A program made the translations under genes and the position numbers. This document shows positions 1 through 10,119 of a DNA stretch of 64,000 bases, in pieces. This DNA is from Chloroflexota bacterium (lineage in GTDB: Bacteria > Chloroflexota > Dehalococcoidia > JACQUO01): contig JACQUO010000023.1 in NCBI GenBank assembly GCA_016210205.1, positions 3,788 through 67,787 of the forward strand, given 5' to 3'. The notes under the pieces were generated by a model. It saw nothing but the letters and a program-made list of their open reading frames with translations, was not told where the DNA came from and did not search any database. Numbering within the stretch: position 1 is the first letter of the stretch; each line of letters begins with the position of its first letter.

Positions 1-86
1 GACTCATGCTCCTCATCCGTCGCACCAGCGAGGCCCAGCTCCGCCAGCCCTAGGTCGTCCGGGGTAGGGGCGGCGCTGGTTACCAC
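1..86 (-). CDS. Possible 5' end of a gene running off the window (MVTSAAPTPDDLGLAELGLAGATDEEHE...)
   Basis: Open frame from GTG at 86 to the window edge, divergent from hisZ; AGGAG lies further upstream; too short to identify. Confidence 0.3.
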   Translation of the reverse strand, partial: MVTSAAPTPDDLGLAELGLAGATDEEHE

Positions 87-186
87 ACGGCAAAACCTCG
101 TGGTTCTCCTTTGAAGAAGCGGGAGACTTGGTGTAGAATACCCCCACAATGCCCCAAAGTGCAAAAACGGTAACTTGGTAGGGCCT

Positions 187-1611
187 ATGGAAGATAAACC
201 CATCGCCCCAGCCCCCGGGGCCCAGGACTTCCTGGAGCAGGAGTGGGCGGGACTCCAGGGCCTCCGGCAAACGCTGGAGGCCTGCTTCCAGCGCCACGGC
301 TATCAGACGGTGGAGACGCCGGTGCTGGAGCACACCGACCTCTTCCTGCGCAAGTCCGGCGGCCAGCTGGCCTCCCAACTCTATGCCTTCACCGACCCGG
401 GCCAGAATCGCCTGAGCCTGCGCCCCGAATATACCGCCTCGGTCATCAGGGCCTTCATCGCCCACCGCCAGGCCGCGCCCCTGCCTCTGCGCTGGCAGTA
501 TGTGGGGCCGGTCTTCCGCTATCAGGCGGGGGAGGCCCTGCGCCAGTTCACCCAGGCGGGGGTGGAGCTCATCGGCGCGCCCGGCCCGCGGGCGGACGCC
601 GAGGTTCTGGCCCTGGCAGCCCAGGGAGTGCGGGCTACGGGCCTGGAGCAGTGCCAGCTGGTAGCAGGCCAGGTGGGGATTACCCTCTGGTGCCTGGGCG
701 AGCTGGGGCTTTCCGAGCGGCTCCGCCATGCCCTGGCGGGGCAGATGGCCCGGCTCCGCGAGGGTGTCAAGGGACAAGAAGCCCTGATGGAGCAGTTCCG
801 TGAGATGGGCCTGGTGGAAGCCCCGGGCGCCAACCTGGGGGAGGCCATGTCCCAGCTGGGGGAACGAGAGCAGGAGGCGCTCATTGAGGGCCTGCTGCGG
901 GAGACCAACGACGACTTTCGGGGGCGACGCAGCCGCGAGGAAATCATCTCGCGCTTTCGCGCCCGGCTCCGGGGGCGGGACCGCCTCGAGGTGGTGGAGC
1001 GCGGCCTGGAGTTCGCCTCGCGCTGGAGCGCGCTCTCCGGCCCGCCCACGGACATCTTGCGGCGCGCCGAGGCCCTGCTGGCGGAGTTCGGCCTGGAAGC
1101 CCGGGCCTTGACGGAGCTTAAGGAGCTGGTGGCCTTGCTGGACGAGGACGCCCTGGGGGGCGTTGACCTGGCTTTGGACTTCGGGCTGGCCCGGGGCCTG
1201 GCCTACTATACCGGCATCGTCTTTGAGGTGCGCCATGGCTTGGGCCCCAACGGCGGGCCCCTGGCCCGGGGCGGCCGCTACGACGGCCTGGTGCGCGCTC
1301 TAGGGGGCATTGATGTGCCGGCCCTGGGCTTCGCCTTCGGGCTGGAGCGCCTCCGGGATGCCCAAGAGGCGGAAGGGCTGGAGGCCGCCCCCAGCGGGGC
1401 GACGCCACAGGTCCTGGTGGCACCCGACTCCGCCGCGGCCTATCCCCACGCCCTGCGCCTGGCCCGCTCCCTGCGGGAGGACGGGGCGATAGTTCAAGTT
1501 GACATAAATATGCGCACCTCCATCGCCAACCGGGAATACGCCAAGCGGTGCGGCATCCCCCAGCTCATCATCGTGGACAAGAAGGGGAAGGCCCACCGGA
1601 GCGAGGTCTAG
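187..1611 (+). CDS. hisZ: ATP phosphoribosyltransferase regulatory subunit / HisRS-like protein
   Basis: Class II aaRS motifs (LRPEYT, FRY..RQFTQAGVE, RGLAYYTG, GGRYDGL, GFAFGLERL); first gene of his cluster, directly before hisG. Confidence 0.8.
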   Translation: MEDKPIAPAPGAQDFLEQEWAGLQGLRQTLEACFQRHGYQTVETPVLEHTDLFLRKSGGQLASQLYAFTDPGQNRLSLRPEYTASVIRAFIAHRQAAPLPLRWQYVGPVFRYQAGEALRQFTQAGVELIGAPGPRADAEVLALAAQGVRATGLEQCQLVAGQVGITLWCLGELGLSERLRHALAGQMARLREGVKGQEALMEQFREMGLVEAPGANLGEAMSQLGEREQEALIEGLLRETNDDFRGRRSREEIISRFRARLRGRDRLEVVERGLEFASRWSALSGPPTDILRRAEALLAEFGLEARALTELKELVALLDEDALGGVDLALDFGLARGLAYYTGIVFEVRHGLGPNGGPLARGGRYDGLVRALGGIDVPALGFAFGLERLRDAQEAEGLEAAPSGATPQVLVAPDSAAAYPHALRLARSLREDGAIVQVDINMRTSIANREYAKRCGIPQLIIVDKKGKAHRSEV

Positions 1612-1617
1612 CTATCT

Positions 1618-2643
1618 GTGAAAGATGTGAAGGATAAGGAAGGGCTGCGCCTGGCCCTCCCCACCAAGGGAGAGCTGGAGGAGCCTACCATGGGCTTCCT
1701 CCAGGCCTGCGGCCTCAAGGTGGAGCGACCCAGCGCCCGCCAGTATGCTGGCACCATCCCCAGCCTCCCCGGGCTGGGGGTGCTCTTCCTGCGCGCCGCC
1801 GACATCGCCGAGAAGGTGATTGAGGGCAGCGCCGACCTGGGCATCACGGGGCTGGACAGCGTCATGGAGTCCGCCCCGGAAGAGAGCCCGCTCACTATTG
1901 TTATGGAGGACCTGGGATACGGCTCCTGCGAGCTGGTCCTAGCCGCCCCCGACTCCTGGGTGGACATCTCCACCGTGGCCGACCTGGCGGACCTGGCGGT
2001 GGAGATGCGGGGCCAGGGCCGCGACTTGCGAGTGGCCACCAAATACCCCCGTCTCACCCGCCGCTTTCTCCTGGACAAAGGGCTTAACTACTTCACCCTG
2101 GTGGAGGCCAGCGGCGCCATGGAGGCCGCACCCGCGGCCGGGTATGCCGACATCATCTCTGACCTCACCTCCAGCGGCGTCACCCTGCGGGAAAATCGGC
2201 TCAAGCCCCTGGGCGGGGGCCGTATCCTGGCCTCGCAGGCCTGCCTCAGCGGAAACAAGGCCTGTCTGGGGGAATCACCTGCCAAGCGCGCCCTGGCCCG
2301 GGCCTTGCTGGAGCTGATGGAAGCCCATCTGGGGGCCGGCCACTACTTCAGCGTCACTGCCAACATCCGGGGCGACTCCCCCGAGGCGGTGGCGGCCCAC
2401 CTCCGGCGCCGTCCCGAGCTGGCGGGGCTTCAGGGCCCCACCGTCGCCCCGGTCTTCAGCCGCCGCGGCGATGGCAACACCTGGTATGAAGTCACCGTGA
2501 TTATCCCCAAAACGATGCTCACCGAGGCCGTGGACTACCTGCGCCTGATTGGGGGCAGCAGCATCGCCGTCGCCGCCCCCGCCTATGTCTTTGAGGCCGA
2601 ATGCCGGGCCTACCGCCGTCTCTTGCAGGAGCTGGGCCGGTGA
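1618..2643 (+). CDS. hisG: ATP phosphoribosyltransferase, long form
   Basis: LALPTKG, RAADI, DLGITG, VATKYP, GAMEAAP, DLTSSGVTLREN; C-terminal regulatory domain with GLQGPTV. Confidence 0.95.
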   Translation: MKDVKDKEGLRLALPTKGELEEPTMGFLQACGLKVERPSARQYAGTIPSLPGLGVLFLRAADIAEKVIEGSADLGITGLDSVMESAPEESPLTIVMEDLGYGSCELVLAAPDSWVDISTVADLADLAVEMRGQGRDLRVATKYPRLTRRFLLDKGLNYFTLVEASGAMEAAPAAGYADIISDLTSSGVTLRENRLKPLGGGRILASQACLSGNKACLGESPAKRALARALLELMEAHLGAGHYFSVTANIRGDSPEAVAAHLRRRPELAGLQGPTVAPVFSRRGDGNTWYEVTVIIPKTMLTEAVDYLRLIGGSSIAVAAPAYVFEAECRAYRRLLQELGR

Positions 2644-3956
2644 GGCTTTTCCGCACCGCCTCCGCGGCCCGCCAGTCCCTCCTCCGGCGCCTCCCTCTGG
2701 AGGAGTGGCGGGTCCCTCCCGCCATGCGGCGTCGCCTGCGGGAGGTCTTCGGGCGAGGCGTCAGCCCCCAGGCCGCGGTGGAGCGCATCATCGCCCAGGT
2801 GCGCTCGCAAGGGGATAAGGCCCTTATTGAGCTGGCCCAGAAGCTCGACGGGGTGCGCCTCACCCGCCTGGAGGTGACCCGGGGCGAGATAGCCCTGGCC
2901 TACCGGGAGGTGGATGAGGGCTTGGTGGAAGCCCTGAAGCTGGCCGCCGGACGCATCCGTTCCTTCCACCAGGGCCGACTCCCCCAGTCGTGGGTGGACT
3001 TCACGGAAGGTGGGCTGGGCCAGCTGGTGCGCCCCCTGGACCGGGTGGGCCTCTATGTGCCGGGGGGCACGGCCGCCTATCCCTCCACGGTGCTCATGAC
3101 GGCCATCCCCGCCCGGGCCGCTGGTGTGGGCGAGGTCATCGTCGCCACCCCGCCGGGCCCCGCGGGAGTCGCCGTCCCCGCCGTGCTGGTGGCCGCGGAC
3201 CTGGCGGGCGTGAACCGCATCTTCAAGCTCGGGGGGGCGGCGGCCATCGCCGCCCTGGCCTATGGGACGGAATCGGTGCCTAAAGTGGACAAAATCTGCG
3301 GGCCTGGTAATATCTTCGTGGCCCTGGCCAAGAAGCAGGTCTTCGGCGCCGTGGGGGTGGATGGACTCTACGGCCCCACGGAAACCGTCATCCTGGCCGA
3401 TGGGGCTGCCGACCCGGCCCGGGTGGCCGCCGGCCTCTTGGCCCAGGCGGAGCACGACGAACTGGCCTCGGCCATCCTCATGACGCCGTCTCTGACCCTG
3501 GCCCGCAAGGTGAATAGGGAAGTTGCGGCCCAACTCCGCACTCTGGAACGGCGGGAGACCGCCGCCCGTTCCCTGCGCCGCCGGGGCGGCATCGTCATCC
3601 TCCGCGACCTGGACGAAGGGGTAGAGTTGGTCAACGAGTATGCCCCAGAGCATCTGGAGCTCCTCTGCGCCGACCCCTGGCCCCTGGTGGGTCAGATAAG
3701 GCACGCCGGCGGCATCTTCGTGGGCACGCCCGAGGCCCTGGGCGACTATGTGGCTGGCCCCAGCCATGTCATGCCCACGGTCGGCAGCGCCCGCTGGGCC
3801 GGGGCCTTGACCGCCGCCGACTTCCTCAAGGTCACCAGCCTGGTGGCCCTGGGGCGGGAGACGGCCCGCGCCCTGGCCCCCGCCGCCGCGGCCTTGGCCC
3901 GCGCCGAGGGGCTGACTGCCCACGCCCGGGCGGCGGAGAAAGCCGCCGCGTCGTAA
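2640..3956 (+). CDS. hisD: Histidinol dehydrogenase
   Basis: GLYVPGG..AYPSTVLM, GPGNIFV, QAEHD, APEHLE, GDYVAGPSHVMPT; GTGA overlap with hisG stop. Confidence 0.95.
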   Translation: MRLFRTASAARQSLLRRLPLEEWRVPPAMRRRLREVFGRGVSPQAAVERIIAQVRSQGDKALIELAQKLDGVRLTRLEVTRGEIALAYREVDEGLVEALKLAAGRIRSFHQGRLPQSWVDFTEGGLGQLVRPLDRVGLYVPGGTAAYPSTVLMTAIPARAAGVGEVIVATPPGPAGVAVPAVLVAADLAGVNRIFKLGGAAAIAALAYGTESVPKVDKICGPGNIFVALAKKQVFGAVGVDGLYGPTETVILADGAADPARVAAGLLAQAEHDELASAILMTPSLTLARKVNREVAAQLRTLERRETAARSLRRRGGIVILRDLDEGVELVNEYAPEHLELLCADPWPLVGQIRHAGGIFVGTPEALGDYVAGPSHVMPTVGSARWAGALTAADFLKVTSLVALGRETARALAPAAAALARAEGLTAHARAAEKAAAS

Positions 3957-4010
3957 CAGGTTTCGTCAAATCGGCCAACGGCTAAGGATTCTCTAAGGGG
4001 AAAAGACGAC

Positions 4011-5168
4011 ATGGAGCAAACCGTCGCCGCCACCAGCGACAAGCCCCAGGACCAGCAGCCCTCGCCCTACATCAAATTCGTGCGCCCCCATCTCCTGGGG
4101 CTGGCGCCCTATGTCGGCGTGGAGCCGCCCGAGGAGCTGGCCCGCAAGGCCGGCCTCCCCGTGGAGCGCATCGTCAAGCTCAACGCCAACGAGAACCCCT
4201 ACGGCCCCTCCCCTAAGGTGGCCCGGGGGTTGGTCGCGGGCAGCAACTATCACATCTACCCCGACCCCGAGCAGCGGGTGGCCCGCCAGGCCCTGGCCGA
4301 GTACGCCGGCACCGATGTGGGGCCGGAGCACATCGTGGTGGGGGCCGGCTCCGACGAGCTCATCGACCTCCTCCTGCGCCTCTTCGTGGGCCCGGGGGAC
4401 ATGGTGGTGGATTGCCCTCCCACCTTCGGCTACTACGCCTTCGCCATCGGGGTGGCCGGGGGCAAGGTGGTGGAAGCCCCCCGGGATGCGGAATTCAACC
4501 TCGACCTGGAAGCCTTCAAGGAGGCGGTGGCCGCCGGAGCCAAGCTGGCTTTCGTGGCCTCCCCCAACAACCCCACGGGCAATGTGCTCTACAAAGACCA
4601 GGTGGAGAAGCTCCTGGAGACGGGCATCATCGTGGTCATGGACGAGGCCTACTACGAGTTCTGCGGCGTCACCATGGTGCACCTCATGCCCAAGCACGAC
4701 AACCTGGTGGTGCTGCGCTCCTTCTCCAAGTGGGCAGGCCTGGCGGGCCTGCGCCTGGGCTACGGCTGCTTCCCCGTCTGGATGGCGGAGCTCATCCGCA
4801 AGATAAAGCCCCCTTACAGCCTCAACGCCGCCGCGCAAGTCGCCCTGCTGGAGTCCCTGGCCGACCGGGAGCACCTCAAGGGCACCGTCCGGGCCATCGT
4901 TGCGGAGCAAGAGCGCCTCATGGCCGCCCTGAAGGAGCTGCCCTTCCTCAAAGTCTATCCCTCCCAGGCCAACTTCATCCTGTGTGCCGTCAAAGATGGG
5001 GAGGCCCTCTCCCTGGTGCAGAGCCTGGAGAAGAAGGGGATTTACCTGCGCTATTACGATACCCCGCGCCTCAAGGACAGCTTCCGCATCTCCGTGGGCA
5101 AGCCCGAGGACAGCGAGACCCTGCTCAAGGCCCTGCGGGACTGGGGCCGGGTGAAAGGGACGCTGTGA
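4011..5168 (+). CDS. hisC: Histidinol-phosphate aminotransferase
   Basis: [47 protein letters not shown] (PLP lysine). Confidence 0.95.
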   Translation: MEQTVAATSDKPQDQQPSPYIKFVRPHLLGLAPYVGVEPPEELARKAGLPVERIVKLNANENPYGPSPKVARGLVAGSNYHIYPDPEQRVARQALAEYAGTDVGPEHIVVGAGSDELIDLLLRLFVGPGDMVVDCPPTFGYYAFAIGVAGGKVVEAPRDAEFNLDLEAFKEAVAAGAKLAFVASPNNPTGNVLYKDQVEKLLETGIIVVMDEAYYEFCGVTMVHLMPKHDNLVVLRSFSKWAGLAGLRLGYGCFPVWMAELIRKIKPPYSLNAAAQVALLESLADREHLKGTVRAIVAEQERLMAALKELPFLKVYPSQANFILCAVKDGEALSLVQSLEKKGIYLRYYDTPRLKDSFRISVGKPEDSETLLKALRDWGRVKGTL

Positions 5169-5776
5169 CCGCCCGACGCCGCGCCCGCCTGGGGCGGGTG
5201 ACCCGGGAGACGGGGGAGACCCACATCAAGGTAGAGCTGGCCCTGGACGGCTCCGGGAAGGCCCGCGTCAAGACCGGACTGCGGATGCTTGACCACCTCC
5301 TGGAGCAGGTGGCTAAGCACGGCCGCTTCGACCTAGCCGTCGAGGCCACGGGCGACCTGGCCCTGGATGAGCACCACACCGTGGAGGATGTGGGCCTCGC
5401 CCTGGGGAAGGCCCTGGCCGAGGCCCTGGGGGAGCGCCGGGGCATCGTGCGCATGGGGGACGCCACCGTGCCCATGGACGAGGCCCTAGCCCTGGTAGCC
5501 GTGGATTTGAGCGGCCGCGGCTACTATGTGGGGGAGCTGCCCTTCAAGGATAAGAGCATCGGCGGGCTGCCCGCGGACCTCATCGGCCACTTCCTGGAGT
5601 CCTTCGCCCGGGAGGGCCGCCTCAACCTCCAGGCGCGCATCCTGGCGGGGAGCAACGACCATCACCAGGCGGAGGCCGTCTTCAAGGCCCTGGGCCGCGC
5701 CCTGGATGCGGCCACCCGCCCCGACCCTCGCCTGGGCGGGGAGGTTCCCTCCACCAAGGGCACCATCGACACTTAG
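5165..5776 (+). CDS. hisB: Imidazoleglycerol-phosphate dehydratase
   Basis: [37 protein letters not shown] overlap with hisC stop. Confidence 0.95.
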   Translation: MTARRRARLGRVTRETGETHIKVELALDGSGKARVKTGLRMLDHLLEQVAKHGRFDLAVEATGDLALDEHHTVEDVGLALGKALAEALGERRGIVRMGDATVPMDEALALVAVDLSGRGYYVGELPFKDKSIGGLPADLIGHFLESFAREGRLNLQARILAGSNDHHQAEAVFKALGRALDAATRPDPRLGGEVPSTKGTIDT

Positions 5777-5846
5777 GGGGGGGCCAGGGGGCTGGACTTC
5801 TGTCTCTCTGCCCTCCGCCTCATCGGGCATCGATTGCCGGCCCGTG

Positions 5847-5945
5847 TGGATGCAGGGCTGCGCCCTGCCGGGGGCTGGGGGTGTCCCCCAGGCCCTTTTT
5901 CGCTTCCCCCTCTCCTGGCAGGAGAGGGGGATACAGGGGGTGAGG
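5847..5945 (+). repeat. Dispersed G-rich two-hairpin intergenic repeat, copy A
   Basis: TGCAGGG..CCCTGCCGGGGG..TGGGGGTGTCCCCCA..CCCCCTCTCC-loop-GGAGAGGGGG..CAGGGGGTGAGG shared with copies at 23594, 24966, 25991. Confidence 0.8.
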
Positions 5946-5950
5946 TGCCC

Positions 5951-6199
5951 CTAACCCTCCACCACCTCGAAGCGGTAGTCCTCAATCACGGGGTTGGACA
6001 GGAGCTTCTGGCACATCTCCCGCACCCGGGCCTCGGCGGCGGCCTGGTCCCGCTCCTCCAGGCGCACCTCCAGGTATTTGCCCGCCCGCACCGAGGCCAC
6101 GGAGGTGAACCCCAGCGTCTGGAGGCCGCCCCGGATGGTCAACCCCTGGGGGTCGTTCACCGCCGGCTTCAGCGTCACATAAATTCGAGCTAGGAACAT
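5951..6199 (-). CDS. purS: Phosphoribosylformylglycinamidine synthase subunit PurS
   Basis: VTLKPAVNDPQG, VRAGKY, LLSNPVIEDY; 82 aa. Confidence 0.95.
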   Translation of the reverse strand: MFLARIYVTLKPAVNDPQGLTIRGGLQTLGFTSVASVRAGKYLEVRLEERDQAAAEARVREMCQKLLSNPVIEDYRFEVVEG

Positions 6200-6244
6200 G
6201 CGATTGCTCCCGTGGTTTTAGTTGTGGTAGCTTTTTTGATTACT

Positions 6245-6685
6245 TTATTCTTTTGGAGCCAAGAGTTCAAAATCATCTGGCTTGAGTTCAGTCTTTCGCA
6301 AGGGTTTCCTTCCAATCAAGTCTGAGCGTATAGATAACAAGAATTCGCCAGCGGCTTTTCCTCTTTCGTCCTCCTTATATGTGGTACCCTCACGCACTGT
6401 GGCAAGAAAATGGTAAGCTTTGCGGATTACTTCGTCTGGGCAATACATCCAGCACAAATTTAATTGATGAAGAAAATTCGCTCTCATTTGCTTGCTCGTT
6501 TGCGAATCCGCTTTCATGAGAGCCACTGTAAACCCTTGGAGGCTTGCTATCAATTCCGAATATCTTTGCTCCTTGCGCTTGTATTCTTCATCCAGTCGCT
6601 TGCTTCTCTCATTCAAGTACCAAACGCTTAATCCGACAACGGCTGTAAGAATCGCGCCAGCAAGAGGCCACAATGTTGTGTCCAC
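6245..6685 (-). CDS. Hypothetical single-TM protein, AT-rich
   Basis: 146-aa ORF with N-terminal hydrophobic helix; visibly lower GC than flanks; fills purC-purS gap co-directionally. Confidence 0.8.
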   Translation of the reverse strand: MDTTLWPLAGAILTAVVGLSVWYLNERSKRLDEEYKRKEQRYSELIASLQGFTVALMKADSQTSKQMRANFLHQLNLCWMYCPDEVIRKAYHFLATVREGTTYKEDERGKAAGEFLLSIRSDLIGRKPLRKTELKPDDFELLAPKE

Positions 6686-6709
6686 AGAAGTTCATTAAGG
6701 TTCCTTTCT

Positions 6710-7660
6710 TCACCCCAGCCCCTGCCCCGTCAGCCGGCGATACACCTCCCGGTAGCGGGCGGAGGTCTGCGCCACCACCTCCGGCGGCAGGGGGGGCGCC
6801 GGCGGCTCCCGGTCCCAGCCCGAGGCCACCAGCCAGTCCCGCACCGGCTGCTTGTCGTAGGAGGGCTGGGAGCGCCCCGGCGCATAGGCCGCCGCCTCCC
6901 AGAAGCGGGAGGAGTCCGGCGTCAGCAGCTCGTCGATGACCGCCATCTCCCCCCCGATGCGCCCGAACTCCAGCTTGGTGTCGGCGATGATGATGCCCTG
7001 CTTCAGGGCGTACTCGTGGGCGTAGGCGTAGAGGCCCAGGCTTTTCGCCTCCAGGGCGTGCGCCGTCGCCTCTCCCACCAGGCCCACAAGCTCCGCCGGG
7101 GTGATAGGCTGGTCGTGGCCGCTGTCGGCCTTGGTGGTGGGAGTGAAGAGGGGCTGGGGCAGCCGCTGGCTCTCCCGCAGCCCCGGCGGCAGGGCCTGGC
7201 CGGACACCGAGCCGCGCTTCCGGTACTCCTCCCAGGCGGAGCCGGCTAAATACCCTCGCACCACGCACTCCACCTCGATGCGCTCGGCCCGGCGCGCCAC
7301 CATGGCCCGGCCCGCCAGCAGCCCCAGCTTCCGCGGACTCAGGCCCGCCGCCGACAGGGCCTCAGCGCGGGCAGCCAGCCAGTCCCGGTCCACCAGGGCC
7401 ACGAAATGATTGGGCATCAGATGGGCTGTCCGCTGGAACCAGAAGGCGGAGAGCTGGGTGAGCACCCCGCCCTTGTGGGGGATGCCCGTGGGCAGGACGG
7501 CGTCGAAGGCGGAGATGCGGTCCGTGGCCACCATGAGGAGCAGGGGCGGGCCGGCGTCCGCGGGCAGCCACCGGCCCAGGTCGTAGATGTCCCGCACCTT
7601 GCCCCGATAGAAGAGGTGGGGCAGGTGGGTGTCCAGGAGGACGGGGGGGCTCGCCGTCAT
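6710..7660 (-). CDS. purC: SAICAR synthetase
   Basis: RGKVRDIY, ATDRISAFD, ECVVRGYLAGS, ADTKLEFG, DELLTPDSSRFW; ATG 7660 with GAGG upstream. Confidence 0.95.
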   Translation of the reverse strand: MTASPPVLLDTHLPHLFYRGKVRDIYDLGRWLPADAGPPLLLMVATDRISAFDAVLPTGIPHKGGVLTQLSAFWFQRTAHLMPNHFVALVDRDWLAARAEALSAAGLSPRKLGLLAGRAMVARRAERIEVECVVRGYLAGSAWEEYRKRGSVSGQALPPGLRESQRLPQPLFTPTTKADSGHDQPITPAELVGLVGEATAHALEAKSLGLYAYAHEYALKQGIIIADTKLEFGRIGGEMAVIDELLTPDSSRFWEAAAYAPGRSQPSYDKQPVRDWLVASGWDREPPAPPLPPEVVAQTSARYREVYRRLTGQGLG

Positions 7661-7667
7661 GACCTCT

Positions 7668-8285
7668 TCATAGTGCCATGAGGCTCCACTCGCCGGGCCG
7701 CACCTGAACCATGAGGCGCAGGCCCGAGGCCGCCGTGGGGATGTCATAGACCACCCGCATCCGTTTGGTGCTGCTGGCTGCTATCCTCACCGCACCCGTA
7801 AAATAGGAGGGGGCCTCCTCTTTGCCGGGGAAGAAAACTTTATCGATGACGGGGCGATAGCTGTTTCCAGAGGAGTCCTCCAGGAGCACGTCGGCATCCA
7901 CCACGACCCTATCGGCCGTGCCGGGGTTGTCGATGGTCAGGGTGAGGACGGCGTAGTCACCCCGGTTGGGGGAGACGCTTCTCTGGCTGCCGCCGCTCTC
8001 TTCGAGGAGCGAGCCAACCCGGGTGGTGTTATTCACAGTCACCTGGATGGCCTTGGCCGCTGGAGTCGGCGCCACCGTAGCCGCCGCGGCGGGGACGGGA
8101 GTGGAGGTGGCCGCCGGAACAGGTGTGGGCGTGGTGATGGGGGCCGTAGTGGGCATAGGATAGGGGGTGTAGGTCGGATAGGGCGTGTAGGTGGGGTAGG
8201 GAGTGGGAGTGGGCTGGCTCCCGATGCTAAAATTGCAGCCCGCCAGCAGCAAGGGCATCCCCAGGGCCCAGGCCAGCCATCTCAT
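7668..8285 (-). CDS. Lipoprotein with PYPTYT repeats and DUF4352-like Ig-fold domain
   Basis: Lipobox LAGC, Pro/Thr linker, LEDSSGNSY and VVYDIP motifs typical of DUF4352. Confidence 0.75.
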   Translation of the reverse strand: MRWLAWALGMPLLLAGCNFSIGSQPTPTPYPTYTPYPTYTPYPMPTTAPITTPTPVPAATSTPVPAAAATVAPTPAAKAIQVTVNNTTRVGSLLEESGGSQRSVSPNRGDYAVLTLTIDNPGTADRVVVDADVLLEDSSGNSYRPVIDKVFFPGKEEAPSYFTGAVRIAASSTKRMRVVYDIPTAASGLRLMVQVRPGEWSLMAL

Positions 8286-9643
8286 AGCGTCTTTCTATTA
8301 CCTTTCCGCGCGGCCCTGTTCGGACGCGCCTTTGCCTTTGTCGGGGCCTTCTCTTCCAGCCCCAGGCGGCGGAAGGCCTCTCGGCTATATCTTAGGTAGA
8401 ACCCGTAATCGAAAAGCGCCTCCAGCTCTGATTTAGCCAGGTGGGCAGCAATCTCCCGGTCGGACTTGAGTAGCTCCCGGAAGTCCAGGCCCTCCCGCCA
8501 CGAACGCATGGCGCCCCGCTGCACCAGACCATAGGCCTCCTGGCGGGACAGCCCCTTGTCGATGAGGGCCAAAAGCGCCCGCTGGGAGAAGACCAGCCCC
8601 CGGGTCAGTTCCAGATTCTGGCGCATCCGCTCCCGGTTCACCCGGAGGCCCCGGATGACGAAGGACAGGGTAGCCAGCATGTAGTCCAGGGCCAGGCAGG
8701 AGTCGGGCAGGATGATGCGCTCCGCCGACGAGTGCGATATGTCCCGCTCGTGCCACAGGGCCACATTCTCCATGGCGGTGAGGGCATAGCCCCGCATCAG
8801 GCGGGCCAGGCCGCAGAGCCGCTCGGAGAGCTCCGGGTTGCGCTTGTGGGGCATGGCCGAGGAGCCGGTCTGCCCCTCGGCGAAGGGCTCCTCCACCTCG
8901 GCCACCTCGGTGCGCTGGAGGTTGCGTATCTCCGTGGCGAACTTCTCGAGGGACGAGGCGATGAGGGCCAGGGTGGTGACGAACTGGGCGTGGCGGTCCC
9001 GGGGCACAATCTGTGAGGAGACGGGGGCCGGCTCTAGCCCCAGCCGGGCGCAGGCCCGCTCCTCCACCTCCGGGGGCACGGTGGCGTAGGTTCCCACGGC
9101 CCCGGATATCTTCCCCACGGCGATGGCTTTTCGCGCTGCGGCCAGGCTCTGGGCATGGCGGCGCAGCTCCTCCACCCACAGGGCCAGCTTGAGGCCAAAG
9201 GTGGTGGGCTCGGCGTGCATGCCGTGGGTGCGCCCCATCATAATCGTATCCCGGTGCTCCACGGCCCGGGCCTCCAGGGCCTGGAGTAGCGAGGCCAGCT
9301 CCTGGGCCAGGAGGTCGGCGGCCTCGGCCATCTGGAGGGCCAGGGCCGTGTCCATGACATCGGAGGAGGTGAGGCCCAAGTGGATGAAGCGGCTCTCCTG
9401 GCCCAGGCTCTCCGCCACCGCCTCCAGGAAGGCGGTCATGTCGTGACGGGTGCGCGCCAGGATTTGCCCCATGCGGGCGTGGTCGAGCTTGGCGCGGCGC
9501 AGCCTGGGCAGGGCCGATTTGGGGATTTGGCCCAGCTCGGCCCAGGCCTCGCAGACGGCCAACTCCACCTGGAGCCACCGGGCGAACTTGTTCTCTTCAG
9601 ACCAGACCCGCTTCATGGCGGGCCGGGAGTAGCGCTCAATCAC
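8282..9643 (-). CDS. purB: Adenylosuccinate lyase
   Basis: [53 protein letters not shown]. Confidence 0.95.
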   Translation of the reverse strand: MIERYSRPAMKRVWSEENKFARWLQVELAVCEAWAELGQIPKSALPRLRRAKLDHARMGQILARTRHDMTAFLEAVAESLGQESRFIHLGLTSSDVMDTALALQMAEAADLLAQELASLLQALEARAVEHRDTIMMGRTHGMHAEPTTFGLKLALWVEELRRHAQSLAAARKAIAVGKISGAVGTYATVPPEVEERACARLGLEPAPVSSQIVPRDRHAQFVTTLALIASSLEKFATEIRNLQRTEVAEVEEPFAEGQTGSSAMPHKRNPELSERLCGLARLMRGYALTAMENVALWHERDISHSSAERIILPDSCLALDYMLATLSFVIRGLRVNRERMRQNLELTRGLVFSQRALLALIDKGLSRQEAYGLVQRGAMRSWREGLDFRELLKSDREIAAHLAKSELEALFDYGFYLRYSREAFRRLGLEEKAPTKAKARPNRAARKGNRKTL

Positions 9644-9656
9644 CTGATTAGCCCTC

Positions 9657-10118
9657 TCATTCCCCCGCCTGCCGGAGCCGGAAGTCCTCGAAGGCGCGGC
9701 GGATGGCCTCATGCTTCAGGCCCAAAATCTGGGCGGCCAGATAGGCCGCGTTCTTGGCCCCCGCCTTGCCCACGGCCATGGCCGCCACAGGCACCCCCGC
9801 GGGCATCTGGACGATGGCCAGGAGGGCATCCTGGCCCCCTCCCAGGGCGCTAGTGGGCAGGGGCACGCCAATGACGGGCAGCTCCGTCCAGGAGGCCAGC
9901 ACCCCGGGCAGATGCGCCGCCCCCCCGGCCCCGGCGATGAGCACCTCCAGCCCCCGCTCCCGGGCCGCGCGGCCATACTCCCGGGCCCGCTCCGGCGTGC
10001 GGTGGGCGGAGATGACCGAGACCTCGAAGTCGATGCCCAGCTCCTTCAGTGTATCCAGGGCCGGCTGCATGAGCTCGGCGTCGGACTGGCTCCCCATGAC
10101 CACGCCCACTAAAGGCAT
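9657..10118 (-). CDS. purE: N5-CAIR mutase
   Basis: [30 protein letters not shown]. Confidence 0.95.
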   Translation of the reverse strand: MPLVGVVMGSQSDAELMQPALDTLKELGIDFEVSVISAHRTPERAREYGRAARERGLEVLIAGAGGAAHLPGVLASWTELPVIGVPLPTSALGGGQDALLAIVQMPAGVPVAAMAVGKAGAKNAAYLAAQILGLKHEAIRRAFEDFRLRQAGE

Positions 10119-10119
10119 A

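Noticed and set aside
4412..5164. Apparent 250-aa N-terminal extension of HisB
   Set aside because: Overlaps hisC in another frame; HisB homology starts at GTG 5165 with a GTGA overlap
8155..8215. 18-bp period tandem repeat
   Set aside because: Encodes the PYPTYT linker of the lipoprotein; a coding repeat rather than a separate element
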